Part shown: positions 18,858-27,763 of the stretch, piece by piece
How positions within the stretch are numbered: the first letter of the stretch is position 1
Layout of the letters: the number at the start of each line of letters is the position of its first letter
IMG/VR virus record: IMGVR_UViG_3300031993_000008
Span: 1-64,000 of that record
DNA from: a virus
Taxonomy: Duplodnaviria; Caudoviricetes
Length of the DNA stretch: 64,000 bases
Direction: 5' to 3' (one strand)
Translations under genes and position numbers: made by a program
Notes under the pieces: generated by a model
The model's database searches: none
Told to the model about the DNA's origin: nothing
What the model saw: only the letters and a program-made list of their open reading frames with translations

Positions 18858-19712
18858 CTACTTGGTTTCTCTTTTGTGGTACTGGTCCCAAATCATATTC
18901 ATCATCCTTTTGACATCTTCATACTCCCAAAAGGTGAAATCAACAAATTCATCACTACTTACAAATATATCAACACAATCCTTTCCACCTTTCATCTTAC
19001 CAGGTTTCATTGTGTATTCTTTTCCAATAGGATCTATAAGTACTGCTTTGTTCAATTTTACATAGACAACGAGAATCATACCCTCTGTCTCTATAATCTT
19101 TTTGATAGATCCCCTGATTTTTATAATTTCAGTATTATTAATTTTTGAAGTGAACTTTGTTTTCAATTCAATGGGTACTTCTATCTGTTCCTTATCAGGT
19201 CTTGGTGGATTTTTATATATAAAGTCACAATAAGTTGAAATCTTGCCACTTCCGGCAGAGGCATTTTCATTTTGTGATAGAATTCCTTTGGTATGATATG
19301 CTATCATCCTTTCAACCACATTACCGCTTTCAACATCTTGCATAAGTTGAAATAATGTCCTTGCACCATAATCTGATGCCGCAAACAGTCTTTCCTGTTC
19401 ATCTGATGGTTGATTTTTAAAAAAGTCATCATATTCTTTTGCATGAACATTTTTATATCCATCCTCATTCATATAGAACAAATCCTTTTTATAATCAGGA
19501 AGTTTCAGCTTTACAGCAACATCATAAACCTTTTTGGGTAAATCACCATTATAACTATATTTCAGAAATTTTGACACCATATCAAAATATCTTGGTGGGT
19601 TCTCATTTCTGCCAATAATATAATTATAAAACCTTTTAACCTTACATACTTCAGAAAATTCAACAGGCATTTTCTTTTCAAAATACATGAATGTATTTTT
19701 TGTCCCATCCAT
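18858..19712 (-). CDS. Putative PD-(D/E)xK nuclease
   Basis: Likely start MDGTKNTF; SGNVVE...CDF...IELKT arrangement resembles restriction-fold active site. Confidence 0.45.
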   Translation of the reverse strand: MDGTKNTFMYFEKKMPVEFSEVCKVKRFYNYIIGRNENPPRYFDMVSKFLKYSYNGDLPKKVYDVAVKLKLPDYKKDLFYMNEDGYKNVHAKEYDDFFKNQPSDEQERLFAASDYGARTLFQLMQDVESGNVVERMIAYHTKGILSQNENASAGSGKISTYCDFIYKNPPRPDKEQIEVPIELKTKFTSKINNTEIIKIRGSIKKIIETEGMILVVYVKLNKAVLIDPIGKEYTMKPGKMKGGKDCVDIFVSSDEFVDFTFWEYEDVKRMMNMIWDQYHKRETK

Positions 19713-19713
19713 A

Positions 19714-20097
19714 TTACTCAACTTTTCCATAATTGTCACTTTCTGAATTAAACAAACCCTCTTCATTGTCTGAATCCTCATCCTCATAAATCTCAACAAC
19801 TGCCTTGTTGAGTCCGCAGAATGTTGTAAGTGTAGTGCAGACATCCTTCCTGGATGAAATGACCATATGGGATCCTGGTCTTGGATCTGCCTTACCATAT
19901 CCCTGGTGATCTACAATAAACCTCTCTTTTCTGTTCATAGGTACTTCTTCATCATCATATTCTTCAAGGACAGCGGTCATAAGAAATCTGTCTGGTCCAT
20001 TCCAGGCCGCGAAATTACTTCGTCCACCTTTTGCATACCAGGCAACAATGGTTCTTGCTGTGCCATCCTTACAAGTATTTATAACTTTCCTTACCAT
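19714..20097 (-). CDS. Stand-alone target-recognition-domain (TRD)-like protein of C5 methyltransferase
   Basis: Two TRD-like modules (DGTARTIVA.Y.K; DVCTTLTTFCG); start overlaps stop of catalytic subunit. Confidence 0.55.
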   Translation of the reverse strand: MVRKVINTCKDGTARTIVAWYAKGGRSNFAAWNGPDRFLMTAVLEEYDDEEVPMNRKERFIVDHQGYGKADPRPGSHMVISSRKDVCTTLTTFCGLNKAVVEIYEDEDSDNEEGLFNSESDNYGKVE

Positions 20098-20834
20098 AAT
20101 GTCTCATCCTCCAGTTCAATATCCTCACCTTCATCATCTGGATATTCCTGGTTCATAATCTCAACATACTTGTCAGATACTTCCTGAGCCATATAATACT
20201 TCTTGGGAACATCATCTTCAAGAATATCCTCAACACTCTTTTCCAGCTTTATCTTATGAGGGAACTCAAAATATGGATTGGGGTCATCCTCTGTCTTTAA
20301 GATGGAGATCATAAATATCCTCTCCCTTGACTGTGGAACACCATAGTCCTTTGCATTGAGAACCTGTGCGAAATTGACATAACCATAGGATTCAAGTTCA
20401 GCACACCACTTGTCAAAGAGGTACTTGAACTTGTCAGTAACCAATGCCTTCACATTCTCAAACATCAGATACTTTGGTTTCTTTGCAAGGATGGTCTTCC
20501 TACACTCCCACAGAAGTGATGACCTGGTGCCAGAACCCTCCTCACCACCAGCCTGCTGACCGGCATTTGAAAAGTCCGTGCAAGGTGAACTGTAAGTGAA
20601 CAGGTCAAAATCCGGAACCTGGGACCAGTCAATCTTGGAGATGTCACCATAATTCCTGTCCTTATACTGAGGAAACAGTGCATTATGGGCTATGATAGCA
20701 GCCTTGTCTATCTCTGACCAACCCACCAAATCATAACAGATTCCCAATCTGTTGAGTGCCAGACACTGGGAATCATAACCTGAAAATGCTGTGAACACTC
20801 TCAAGGGATTCTTTTTTGTATATTTCTTTACCAT
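20091..20834 (-). CDS. C5 cytosine DNA methyltransferase, catalytic half (motifs I-VIII only)
   Basis: FSGYD, SEID, GDI, SSPC, ENV, QSRERIF; no TRD, IX or X. Confidence 0.9.
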   Translation of the reverse strand: MVKKYTKKNPLRVFTAFSGYDSQCLALNRLGICYDLVGWSEIDKAAIIAHNALFPQYKDRNYGDISKIDWSQVPDFDLFTYSSPCTDFSNAGQQAGGEEGSGTRSSLLWECRKTILAKKPKYLMFENVKALVTDKFKYLFDKWCAELESYGYVNFAQVLNAKDYGVPQSRERIFMISILKTEDDPNPYFEFPHKIKLEKSVEDILEDDVPKKYYMAQEVSDKYVEIMNQEYPDDEGEDIELEDETLW

Positions 20835-21046
20835 AATTTCTTGGTTATATTATCCTCTTTCTTCTTAAGAAACAGATTATCAAAGATATGAACCATACAG
20901 TCCACAACAATACTGTTTCCATACATCTTATAAAGGGCATTGTCACTCAAATCTGCATTGAGCATTGTGTTGATGTCCTTATCCTCCACACCCATCAGTC
21001 TTCCACATTCCCTGGGTGTCATTTTCCTGATTCTGTATTTTTTCAT
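20828..21046 (-). CDS. C5 methyltransferase small subunit (motifs IX-X only)
   Basis: RKMTPRECGRLMG...LYKMYGNSIVV. Confidence 0.85.
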   Translation of the reverse strand: MKKYRIRKMTPRECGRLMGVEDKDINTMLNADLSDNALYKMYGNSIVVDCMVHIFDNLFLKKKEDNITKKLW

Positions 21047-21065
21047 ACCTTAAATATAACAAAAA

Positions 21066-21272
21066 TTACTCTACATCATAATCCAGAGTATCAACATCAA
21101 TGTTATTATGGTTAAGAACCTGCAAGAATTCATACACTCCTGCTGAGAATGCATTCTTGACATCATCATATGTATATTTCTTGTCTTCCCTTAAACTCAC
21201 TGCAACAGCAAGTCCCCAGGAATAACCCCTCCACTTATCTTCAATAAACTTATTTAATTTCTCTCTTGCCAT
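21066..21272 (-). CDS. Hypothetical protein
   Basis: ORF in gene run. Confidence 0.55.
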   Translation of the reverse strand: MAREKLNKFIEDKWRGYSWGLAVAVSLREDKKYTYDDVKNAFSAGVYEFLQVLNHNNIDVDTLDYDVE

Positions 21273-21273
21273 A

Positions 21274-21492
21274 TCACTTATTTTTTAACCAATTCTTTAA
21301 ATAATCCGATAGTTCCTTTGCACACTTATCACACAGACAAAAATCAAACCTGTCAATATCCTCTTCACCACCCATACTTCCACCATGCCAGTAATACAGA
21401 CCAAAGTTGATATTACGAGGTCGGTGCCACATCTGAATATCCAATGTGATATCTTCACCACATCTGTCACATGTATATGTTTCCTTTTTCAT
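21274..21492 (-). CDS. Small Zn-finger protein
   Basis: CDRCG...LCDKC. Confidence 0.65.
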   Translation of the reverse strand: MKKETYTCDRCGEDITLDIQMWHRPRNINFGLYYWHGGSMGGEEDIDRFDFCLCDKCAKELSDYLKNWLKNK

Positions 21493-21493
21493 A

Positions 21494-21658
21494 TCATTTC
21501 CAGGTTATAACCAATTCAGAAGGTTTATCCATAACCACCATAGGTTTGTTTTTAAGTGCATATAGGAGTTTATTAAGTCCTACTTCTGCTTCCTTGAGAC
21601 CACATCCAGTCTCCTGTCTTATAAGTTTCAATATACTTATTCTCTCATCGTCTGTCAT
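21494..21658 (-). CDS. 54-aa protein with L7/L12-CTD or EF-Ts-like helix motif (not in ORF track)
   Basis: Hand translation MTDDERISILKLIRQETGCGLKEAEVGLNKLL...; fills the gap exactly. Confidence 0.55.
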   Translation of the reverse strand: MTDDERISILKLIRQETGCGLKEAEVGLNKLLYALKNKPMVVMDKPSELVITWK

Positions 21659-21660
21659 AA

Positions 21661-22002
21661 TCAAAACAATTTTATTTCTTCTTTTGGTTTCCTGTCCTCA
21701 TAGAACATTTCCCTGAATATATTTGTCATCACATCAACAACAATGGAGTTTCCGAAAAGTGAATTGACTACCCCTGGTGCCATGACATCTGTCATCTTGT
21801 CAATATCCTCATCATCCACACCCATCAGTCTTCCTATCTCCTTGGTGGTCATCTTCCTGACTCTCCCATTATCCAGAATCTTCAGGTAACTGTTGGTATT
21901 GTTGTGTTGACCTACACATATACAACGGCAGACCCCATCAGTGTACATTACTGTGTCCTGCTGATGGGGTCCCACCTTTACTATGTGTACATCATTTCTC
22001 AT
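21661..22002 (-). CDS. C5 methyltransferase C-terminal subunit (TRD + IX-X)
   Basis: HQQDTV..TDGVCRCI then RKMTTKEIGRLMG...LFGNSIVV. Confidence 0.8.
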   Translation of the reverse strand: MRNDVHIVKVGPHQQDTVMYTDGVCRCICVGQHNNTNSYLKILDNGRVRKMTTKEIGRLMGVDDEDIDKMTDVMAPGVVNSLFGNSIVVDVMTNIFREMFYEDRKPKEEIKLF

Positions 22003-22501
22003 TCAGAGACACTTCTTTCATTGTGTTTCTGTACTCCTGGAGGTCAAGATTGTCACTTACATATTTGAATGCGGTCACATTCTTGAATCCAAGTGCCATA
22101 ATGTATCCAAGTTCCATATCAAAGAGACAACCAGTCTCATCTGATTTGGTAACAAAGTCTGTACCTGTATAACATCTTACTCCTTCAAAGTCAGAATCAC
22201 TTTCATCAACTTCTTCAAACCATGCACTTGATGTGAATTTAAGATTATATACAGGTTCATTATACTGCACATTAGGATGATAAAGTGTAACAGAATGAAC
22301 ACCATAGAACTTACCTGGTGTAAGGTCTTTACTTCCGGCATATCCTATATTAATTATCTCTATATCCTTTGGAACATCCTTCAATGCCTCAATGACATTC
22401 AATGCACCAACACCTGTAATAAGAACAGGAAACCTGTCATACCCTAGTTTTTTTACGAGAGGCATTTCCTCACTTTCTGCAATAATTACTAATCTTTTCA
22501 T
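21992..22501 (-). CDS. MTA/SAH nucleosidase-like (PNP/UDP phosphorylase family)
   Basis: IIA..EE, TGVG, NIGYAG, TG.DFV, DME, KYVSD motifs of Pfs/MtnN. Confidence 0.75.
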   Translation of the reverse strand: MKRLVIIAESEEMPLVKKLGYDRFPVLITGVGALNVIEALKDVPKDIEIINIGYAGSKDLTPGKFYGVHSVTLYHPNVQYNEPVYNLKFTSSAWFEEVDESDSDFEGVRCYTGTDFVTKSDETGCLFDMELGYIMALGFKNVTAFKYVSDNLDLQEYRNTMKEVSLNEK

Positions 22502-22508
22502 AATTGTT

Positions 22509-22865
22509 TTAATATTGTGCCACTGTTTTAATAAACACTATATCCTTACTTTCAAAAGTATATCCATTTATACACCAGGATGCACCAAACTCAATATTCT
22601 TTCTCTCACCTTTCACCAATTTGAATATTGGATTCGCATCTATCCTTGATGAACAAAGATATTCAACCTGGCATTCATTATTGGTACCTTCATTGAATAT
22701 AATAGGTTTGTCTGTAGGCCAAGTCTTTTGAAGTTTTTTCAGGAAACTGTACCAGGTGTCTTCACCGGATGCCGGAGTCACTCCCATCATATTATCAAAC
22801 TTACACTTAAAATAAATCGGTTCTTCCATATTAAAATAAAGGTATTTCTGGATTTTTTCTTTCAC
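22509..22865 (-). CDS. Hypothetical protein
   Basis: ORF in gene run. Confidence 0.55.
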   Translation of the reverse strand: MKEKIQKYLYFNMEEPIYFKCKFDNMMGVTPASGEDTWYSFLKKLQKTWPTDKPIIFNEGTNNECQVEYLCSSRIDANPIFKLVKGERKNIEFGASWCINGYTFESKDIVFIKTVAQY

Positions 22866-23364
22866 TAAACAAATTTCTGAACATCTCTGTCATCACATTC
22901 ACCACTATACTATTTCCAGCAAGTTTCTTACAGTACTTCTGGGGGACAACTTTCAGGATCTTGTCAGTATCCTCCGGGTCAACATCCATCAGGCGGAATG
23001 CCTCCCTGTCTGTCAGTTCCCTCACCTTGTAGTTTCTGTCCCAGACATAATTGTCCATTGAGAATGTGGTGAGTGTGTTGGCATATCCATCTCCTGTGGG
23101 TTCAGCATAGAAACCCTTTCCGAACTTCTTTCCCTTGTCACCGAAACGGTGTCTTCTCAATTTCTCGTCTTCTGTCCTCTTCTGTTTCAGTATCTGGGGT
23201 GGTTTGATCCCCTCTACAAACAGATAGACATCATCACCTTTTACAGTACACATCATAGGAAGAGTAGTCCTGAGGTACTTCCTTTTCTCCCAGTCCTTTT
23301 TCTTGAAGTACATTTCTTCCGGAACATCCTTCTCGATTATCTCATCCAATGTGGTTACTTTCAT
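22831..23364 (-). CDS. C5 methyltransferase C-terminal subunit (linker + TRD + IX-X)
   Basis: TLDEIIEKDVPEEMYF linker, ANTLTTFSMDN TRD, RELTDREAFRLM, LAGNSIVV. Confidence 0.8.
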   Translation of the reverse strand: MKVTTLDEIIEKDVPEEMYFKKKDWEKRKYLRTTLPMMCTVKGDDVYLFVEGIKPPQILKQKRTEDEKLRRHRFGDKGKKFGKGFYAEPTGDGYANTLTTFSMDNYVWDRNYKVRELTDREAFRLMDVDPEDTDKILKVVPQKYCKKLAGNSIVVNVMTEMFRNLFSERKNPEIPLF

Positions 23365-23645
23365 TTTCTGGTAATATAATACATTCTCATAACACCACAC
23401 AAAGTCTCCCCGTTTACTTCATCACATTCCTTTTGACACCAACAGGTTGAACATTTTGGATCAGTCATAAGAGCCCTCATTACATTAATTTCACCTTCTG
23501 TCATATTCTTTCATCATTAAATATTTCACATAATTCCTCCACCATTCCATTCTCTCCTTGGTTTCATAACAGTCATGTTCCAGGTAACCAATCAAGGCAA
23601 AGGAATACATATCCTTGGCAATATCAAGTTCTGATGCTTTCATAA

Positions 23646-24884
23646 TTATCCAATTCTGTTCATCAATTCCTTTCCTATCCTCTCCACTATTCCGCATACA
23701 AGAGCATTTCCCATCAGAAAACCTCTTTTTTTGTCTGTAGTGCCCTCCGTATGGTTGTCGGGGAACATCTGTATCCTTTCAAGTTCAACCGGCACCAGAC
23801 GGCGGAATTTACCTGTCTCCGGGTCTTGTATCACATGGGTGAATCTGTTGGACACAATGGTCACCTCACTGGTGATGAGTGTTCTTGCCGGTTTGTCAAG
23901 AGGATCAGGAAATGCCATACTTCCTTCTGTGTACATATACTCATGTCCATCCTTGTTTGTCCTGGGTATCTGCTTGGGACCTTTGGCATACTTCCACTTT
24001 GACAGTTCATCATTGGGTATGTAATAATCATCAGTCACATACTTTCTGTCATCACCTTTTACAAGGATATCTCCAAGGGTTGTATATGGTCCTGAATAAT
24101 CAGGTGTGAGTTTGTCTGTATAAACAAGTCCATCAATGACAACACCACCGTTTTCAAATGGGTTGAGGACAACATTCTTCTTGTTGAAGTTGTCGGAAAG
24201 ATTGACAAGGTCTGAACTCAACTTCCTGCCATCAAGTCCCCAAAGACCAGAATCACCCTGTGGTTTTACAGGAAATGCCTGGGCCAATATACCATCCGAA
24301 TACAACCAGGAATCAGGTGAGAATATCTTGAACTCACCTTTCAGGAAAGCGAATATGAATATTCTCCTTCTCTTCTGGGGCATACCATATTCGGCTGCAT
24401 TGATTATCCTCCATTCCAGGTTGTAACCCAGATTGACCAGTGACTGTATAATAAGGGCAAAGTCCCTACCTCTCTGCTTTGATGGTGAGATGAGCATCCT
24501 GTCCACATTCTCAAACAGGAGATACTTGGGTTTCTCCTTCATTTCAGATATAAGTCTGATAATCTCCCACCAGAGAACACCCTTCTTTCCTTCTATTCCT
24601 AATGCTCTCGATTTATTATTTGCAACCGAGTAGTCCTGGCAGCAAAATCCACCAACCATAAGGTCTGCTTCAAGGTTTTCTCCTGACACCTTACATATAT
24701 CATCATTTATAAGAAGATCATCAGGAAATCTCTCCTTATATATATTGGCAGCAAACTGGTCTTTGAGACCAGGCTCCCATTGATTTGCCATAACACACTT
24801 GAAGAAATCCTTGTCTGCCCTGTCAAGACCTACATGGAATCCTCCAACTCCTGCAAATAATTCTATGTATTTACACTTTTTCAT
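23646..24884 (-). CDS. Full-length C5 cytosine methyltransferase, M.Sau3AI-like
   Basis: ELFAGVGG, NQWEP, GGFCCQDYSVA, GIEGKKGVL, ENVDR..SPSKQRGRDFA, GNALV. Confidence 0.9.
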   Translation of the reverse strand: MKKCKYIELFAGVGGFHVGLDRADKDFFKCVMANQWEPGLKDQFAANIYKERFPDDLLINDDICKVSGENLEADLMVGGFCCQDYSVANNKSRALGIEGKKGVLWWEIIRLISEMKEKPKYLLFENVDRMLISPSKQRGRDFALIIQSLVNLGYNLEWRIINAAEYGMPQKRRRIFIFAFLKGEFKIFSPDSWLYSDGILAQAFPVKPQGDSGLWGLDGRKLSSDLVNLSDNFNKKNVVLNPFENGGVVIDGLVYTDKLTPDYSGPYTTLGDILVKGDDRKYVTDDYYIPNDELSKWKYAKGPKQIPRTNKDGHEYMYTEGSMAFPDPLDKPARTLITSEVTIVSNRFTHVIQDPETGKFRRLVPVELERIQMFPDNHTEGTTDKKRGFLMGNALVCGIVERIGKELMNRIG

Positions 24885-24968
24885 ATCTAAACACTCTAAA
24901 TATAACAAAATTCCATATACAATATTCTGAAACTTTTGTTATTTTTAATCTATAAAAATCAAATTTCT

Positions 24969-25682
24969 ATGGAAGTTATATTGGATGAACTGACACCATT
25001 GGAGTTTTTCAATCATGGTGGTATTGTAAAAATCACAATCAATGATGATCTTGTAAAGGAATGTAACATCAAGAAGAAATACACCTTCTTTGATTACAAG
25101 TCTTATGTGAGGTTTTTCAACAGCCTGTATATGTCATATATGCACAAACACCAGGATGAGAACACATATAACCTCTACAAGTATGTGAATGACAGGTTGG
25201 AGATATCTCCTACAATGGGAACATTCGAGTATGTTGTAGACCTGAAGTATGATCAGGTGTGGTCTTATGTAAGTGGAAGATTCTACTATTCTTCAGACAG
25301 GAGAGACTCCAAAGTTCAACCAAAAGACCCATATGGTATCAAGAATGTCTGTTTTTCATCAATCAAAACCAATGACAGTGAATGGGATGAATATGAAAAA
25401 CAGAGACTTGAAAGGGGATTTGATGTTTCAGAAACCTGGAGTCTTGATGGTACAATAGCAAAGTTCATATATCCCAGACTTCAAGAATTCACCAATGAGT
25501 GTATAAGAATCCAGATTCATCCGGATGAGATAGAATTTGATAAATGGATAAACATCCTGAATGTGATGACTGAAGGATTCAGACTGATTTCACAAGACAA
25601 TGAAAAAACAAAGGAGGAAGATGAAATCATTGAAAAAGCACTTGACCTTTTCAGAAAACACTTTCATGATCTTTGGAACTAA
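24969..25682 (+). CDS. Hypothetical protein
   Basis: C-terminal RGF..SETWSLD.TIA.FI.PRL...LW motif; likely start MEVILD. Confidence 0.65.
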   Translation: MEVILDELTPLEFFNHGGIVKITINDDLVKECNIKKKYTFFDYKSYVRFFNSLYMSYMHKHQDENTYNLYKYVNDRLEISPTMGTFEYVVDLKYDQVWSYVSGRFYYSSDRRDSKVQPKDPYGIKNVCFSSIKTNDSEWDEYEKQRLERGFDVSETWSLDGTIAKFIYPRLQEFTNECIRIQIHPDEIEFDKWINILNVMTEGFRLISQDNEKTKEEDEIIEKALDLFRKHFHDLWN

Positions 25683-25707
25683 TTTTAAACTATAAATATT
25701 TAAATCT

Positions 25708-26085
25708 ATGAGTACATTTCAAACAATCATTGTCATTTTGGCAATCATTTATGTAGTTGCTTCTCTGTATTTCTCAATCAGCGGCAGAATACTTGCAATA
25801 AGGAAGGATGAGAAGGATGATGAGAGATTCAGATCCCAGATGAATTTTGAAGACCAGGTAAAGGTTCTTACAAACAGACTTGGTGAAATTATGACAGAAA
25901 ATGACAGACTCAATGGAGTGGTCAGACACTGGATGGAATCATCTGCTTCATACAAGGCTCAATATGAAAGAGCAATGACTGAAACACAGGGTTGGCAGGA
26001 AGAGGTTGAAAAACTGGAAAATGAAATCAAGAAGCTGAAAGGTGGGGCAGTTCCCAAGAAAATAACTAAGAAAGGAGGTGAGTGA
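25708..26085 (+). CDS. Membrane-anchored coiled-coil protein
   Basis: N-terminal TM helix and coiled coil; TATAAATA at 25691-25698. Confidence 0.6.
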   Translation: MSTFQTIIVILAIIYVVASLYFSISGRILAIRKDEKDDERFRSQMNFEDQVKVLTNRLGEIMTENDRLNGVVRHWMESSASYKAQYERAMTETQGWQEEVEKLENEIKKLKGGAVPKKITKKGGE

Positions 26086-26107
26086 TCATCTCCTTTTTTC
26101 ATAAATA
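26071..26107 (+). promoter_or_regulatory. Terminator hairpin plus CATAAATA late promoter
   Basis: aaaggaggtga...tcatctcctttttt then CATAAATA (26100-26107). Confidence 0.65.
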
Positions 26108-26127
26108 TCATATATAATTTTTTATAT

Positions 26128-27762
26128 ATGAATACATTGTCAACAAACACAATCACTAATGTATATAATGTTGGAACCAGCTCTTGTGATGCCGGAACCA
26201 AATACTGTACAAATGAATATGCACTTTACTTCCCTTGTCTGAAAGATGTTACCAGAGGTCAGAATGTCTGCTTTGATTTCTATATTGCAGATGGTTCTAC
26301 CCAGGATGTTGTGGATTTGAGGACAGTTGATGCAATCACATTGAACCTTAATGGACAGTTCAACTGTTCATATGGTTCATTCTCATATCCGGATAACATC
26401 ACCTCATTACAAAAAGAAGATTATTCCCAAGTATATCATCTTGATTTCAAAGACAGTGAAAAGTGCAATCTCACTGTTTATATGGTAGATAAGGATTCCC
26501 AGGATGTATTGAACAAAATAGGTGATGAATGTGGTTCAGATCCGGTTCAGTTCTGGTCCGGAACAACAGTCAGATTGAAGGCAGAGGATACACTTACACA
26601 TATCTTTGTAGGTTGGGCAATTGTTGGTTCAGATGATGACTGTCCTGATGATTCCCTGGAGGATTACATAATTGACACCAACAAGGAGTTTTCTTTCACC
26701 ATAACAGAAGACACAGTTATCACAGCAGTATATAGGGCAAGAAAGAGATACAATGTTGTTTCTGACTCAAATAACCTGTCATCACATTTCAAAGTTCTTT
26801 ATGTTAACTCAAATGGAGACATAGTAATATCTAAATTATCAAACAGGGATGATGGATATCCTGATGGTGAAGATGTCATTGAAGGTGTGATGGAAGGTCA
26901 TGAGTTGGTTGCTCTCTGTATCCCCAGTGGTGACAGAATCGATGCAAACTCTAATCCAGGAGATGATAAGGGTTGGAGATTCAAACAGTGGAAGGATGGA
27001 AACACAGAGAGATGCAGGACATTCATCATTGGTGATGTCTGTGGTACTGCATACTTTGAAGATGGTGACACCATTAGACTGAAAGCAATTTGTGACGGTC
27101 CATTTGACGGTTATGTTGAACCGGATGTAGATGAAAAATTTCCAAACAATATCTTTGATGAAGAGGGTATTCACATTGATTATCCTGATGGTATAATAGA
27201 AACCTATGACTATAAGGGTGATGGAAAGTACATAAAAAATGCTGAAGATGTACAAAAGTGTGTCAATGATGAGGGTTACCTTTATGTCAATTCAGGAAAA
27301 CTTGTATTATCATCAGAAGGTATTGAGAATGGTATAAAGATTGACATACATGCTCAATCAGGTTCAAATTCAGATTCAGAACCTTGTGAACTTATAGTAA
27401 GAATCAATGATTATGCAATAGGTCAGGAAATAGATGACATCAAGAATTATTCATTCTACTTCACCAAGTGTAATGGTTCAGATATAGAAATATACATAAA
27501 TGGTGAATGTATCATTGATGATATAATTGTATATAAGGAGATTCTCATTGATGGTGGAAAGGCACAGTTCTGTCTTGATGCAGAGACAACATCAAGTATT
27601 CCTCCTGGACCATTGTTCGTAAATGGTGCAATCGCAGTTGGAGAACTGGGTATTGATGAGAATGGTGACATTGTGGTTGTTGACCCACAGTCATATGGTC
27701 TTGCAACAACACCAATAGGTCAAGTGAATAAATTACCAAAGATAAATATAAACATTGAATAA
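26128..27762 (+). CDS. Late beta-rich structural protein with InlB-B/Flg_new-like repeats
   Basis: HIFVGW...ITEDTVITAVY and GWRFKQWKDGNT repeats; late promoter. Confidence 0.55.
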   Translation: MNTLSTNTITNVYNVGTSSCDAGTKYCTNEYALYFPCLKDVTRGQNVCFDFYIADGSTQDVVDLRTVDAITLNLNGQFNCSYGSFSYPDNITSLQKEDYSQVYHLDFKDSEKCNLTVYMVDKDSQDVLNKIGDECGSDPVQFWSGTTVRLKAEDTLTHIFVGWAIVGSDDDCPDDSLEDYIIDTNKEFSFTITEDTVITAVYRARKRYNVVSDSNNLSSHFKVLYVNSNGDIVISKLSNRDDGYPDGEDVIEGVMEGHELVALCIPSGDRIDANSNPGDDKGWRFKQWKDGNTERCRTFIIGDVCGTAYFEDGDTIRLKAICDGPFDGYVEPDVDEKFPNNIFDEEGIHIDYPDGIIETYDYKGDGKYIKNAEDVQKCVNDEGYLYVNSGKLVLSSEGIENGIKIDIHAQSGSNSDSEPCELIVRINDYAIGQEIDDIKNYSFYFTKCNGSDIEIYINGECIIDDIIVYKEILIDGGKAQFCLDAETTSSIPPGPLFVNGAIAVGELGIDENGDIVVVDPQSYGLATTPIGQVNKLPKININIE

Positions 27763-27763
27763 T

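Noticed and set aside
19713-19898. N-terminal extension of the 346-aa ORF overlapping the TRD gene
   Set aside because: Out-of-frame overlap with atypical composition; ATG at 19712 directly after the upstream stop is the more plausible start
20091-21046. Methyltransferase pieces as a simple frameshifted pseudogene
   Set aside because: Order is IX-X then I-VIII then TRD, each piece has a coupled start and intact motifs, and a promoter motif precedes 21046; not fully excluded without comparative data
23491-23697. 68-aa ORF overlapping the end of the full-length MTase
   Set aside because: Annotated start lies inside the MTase; a shorter ORF from about 23643 is plausible but has no recognisable feature
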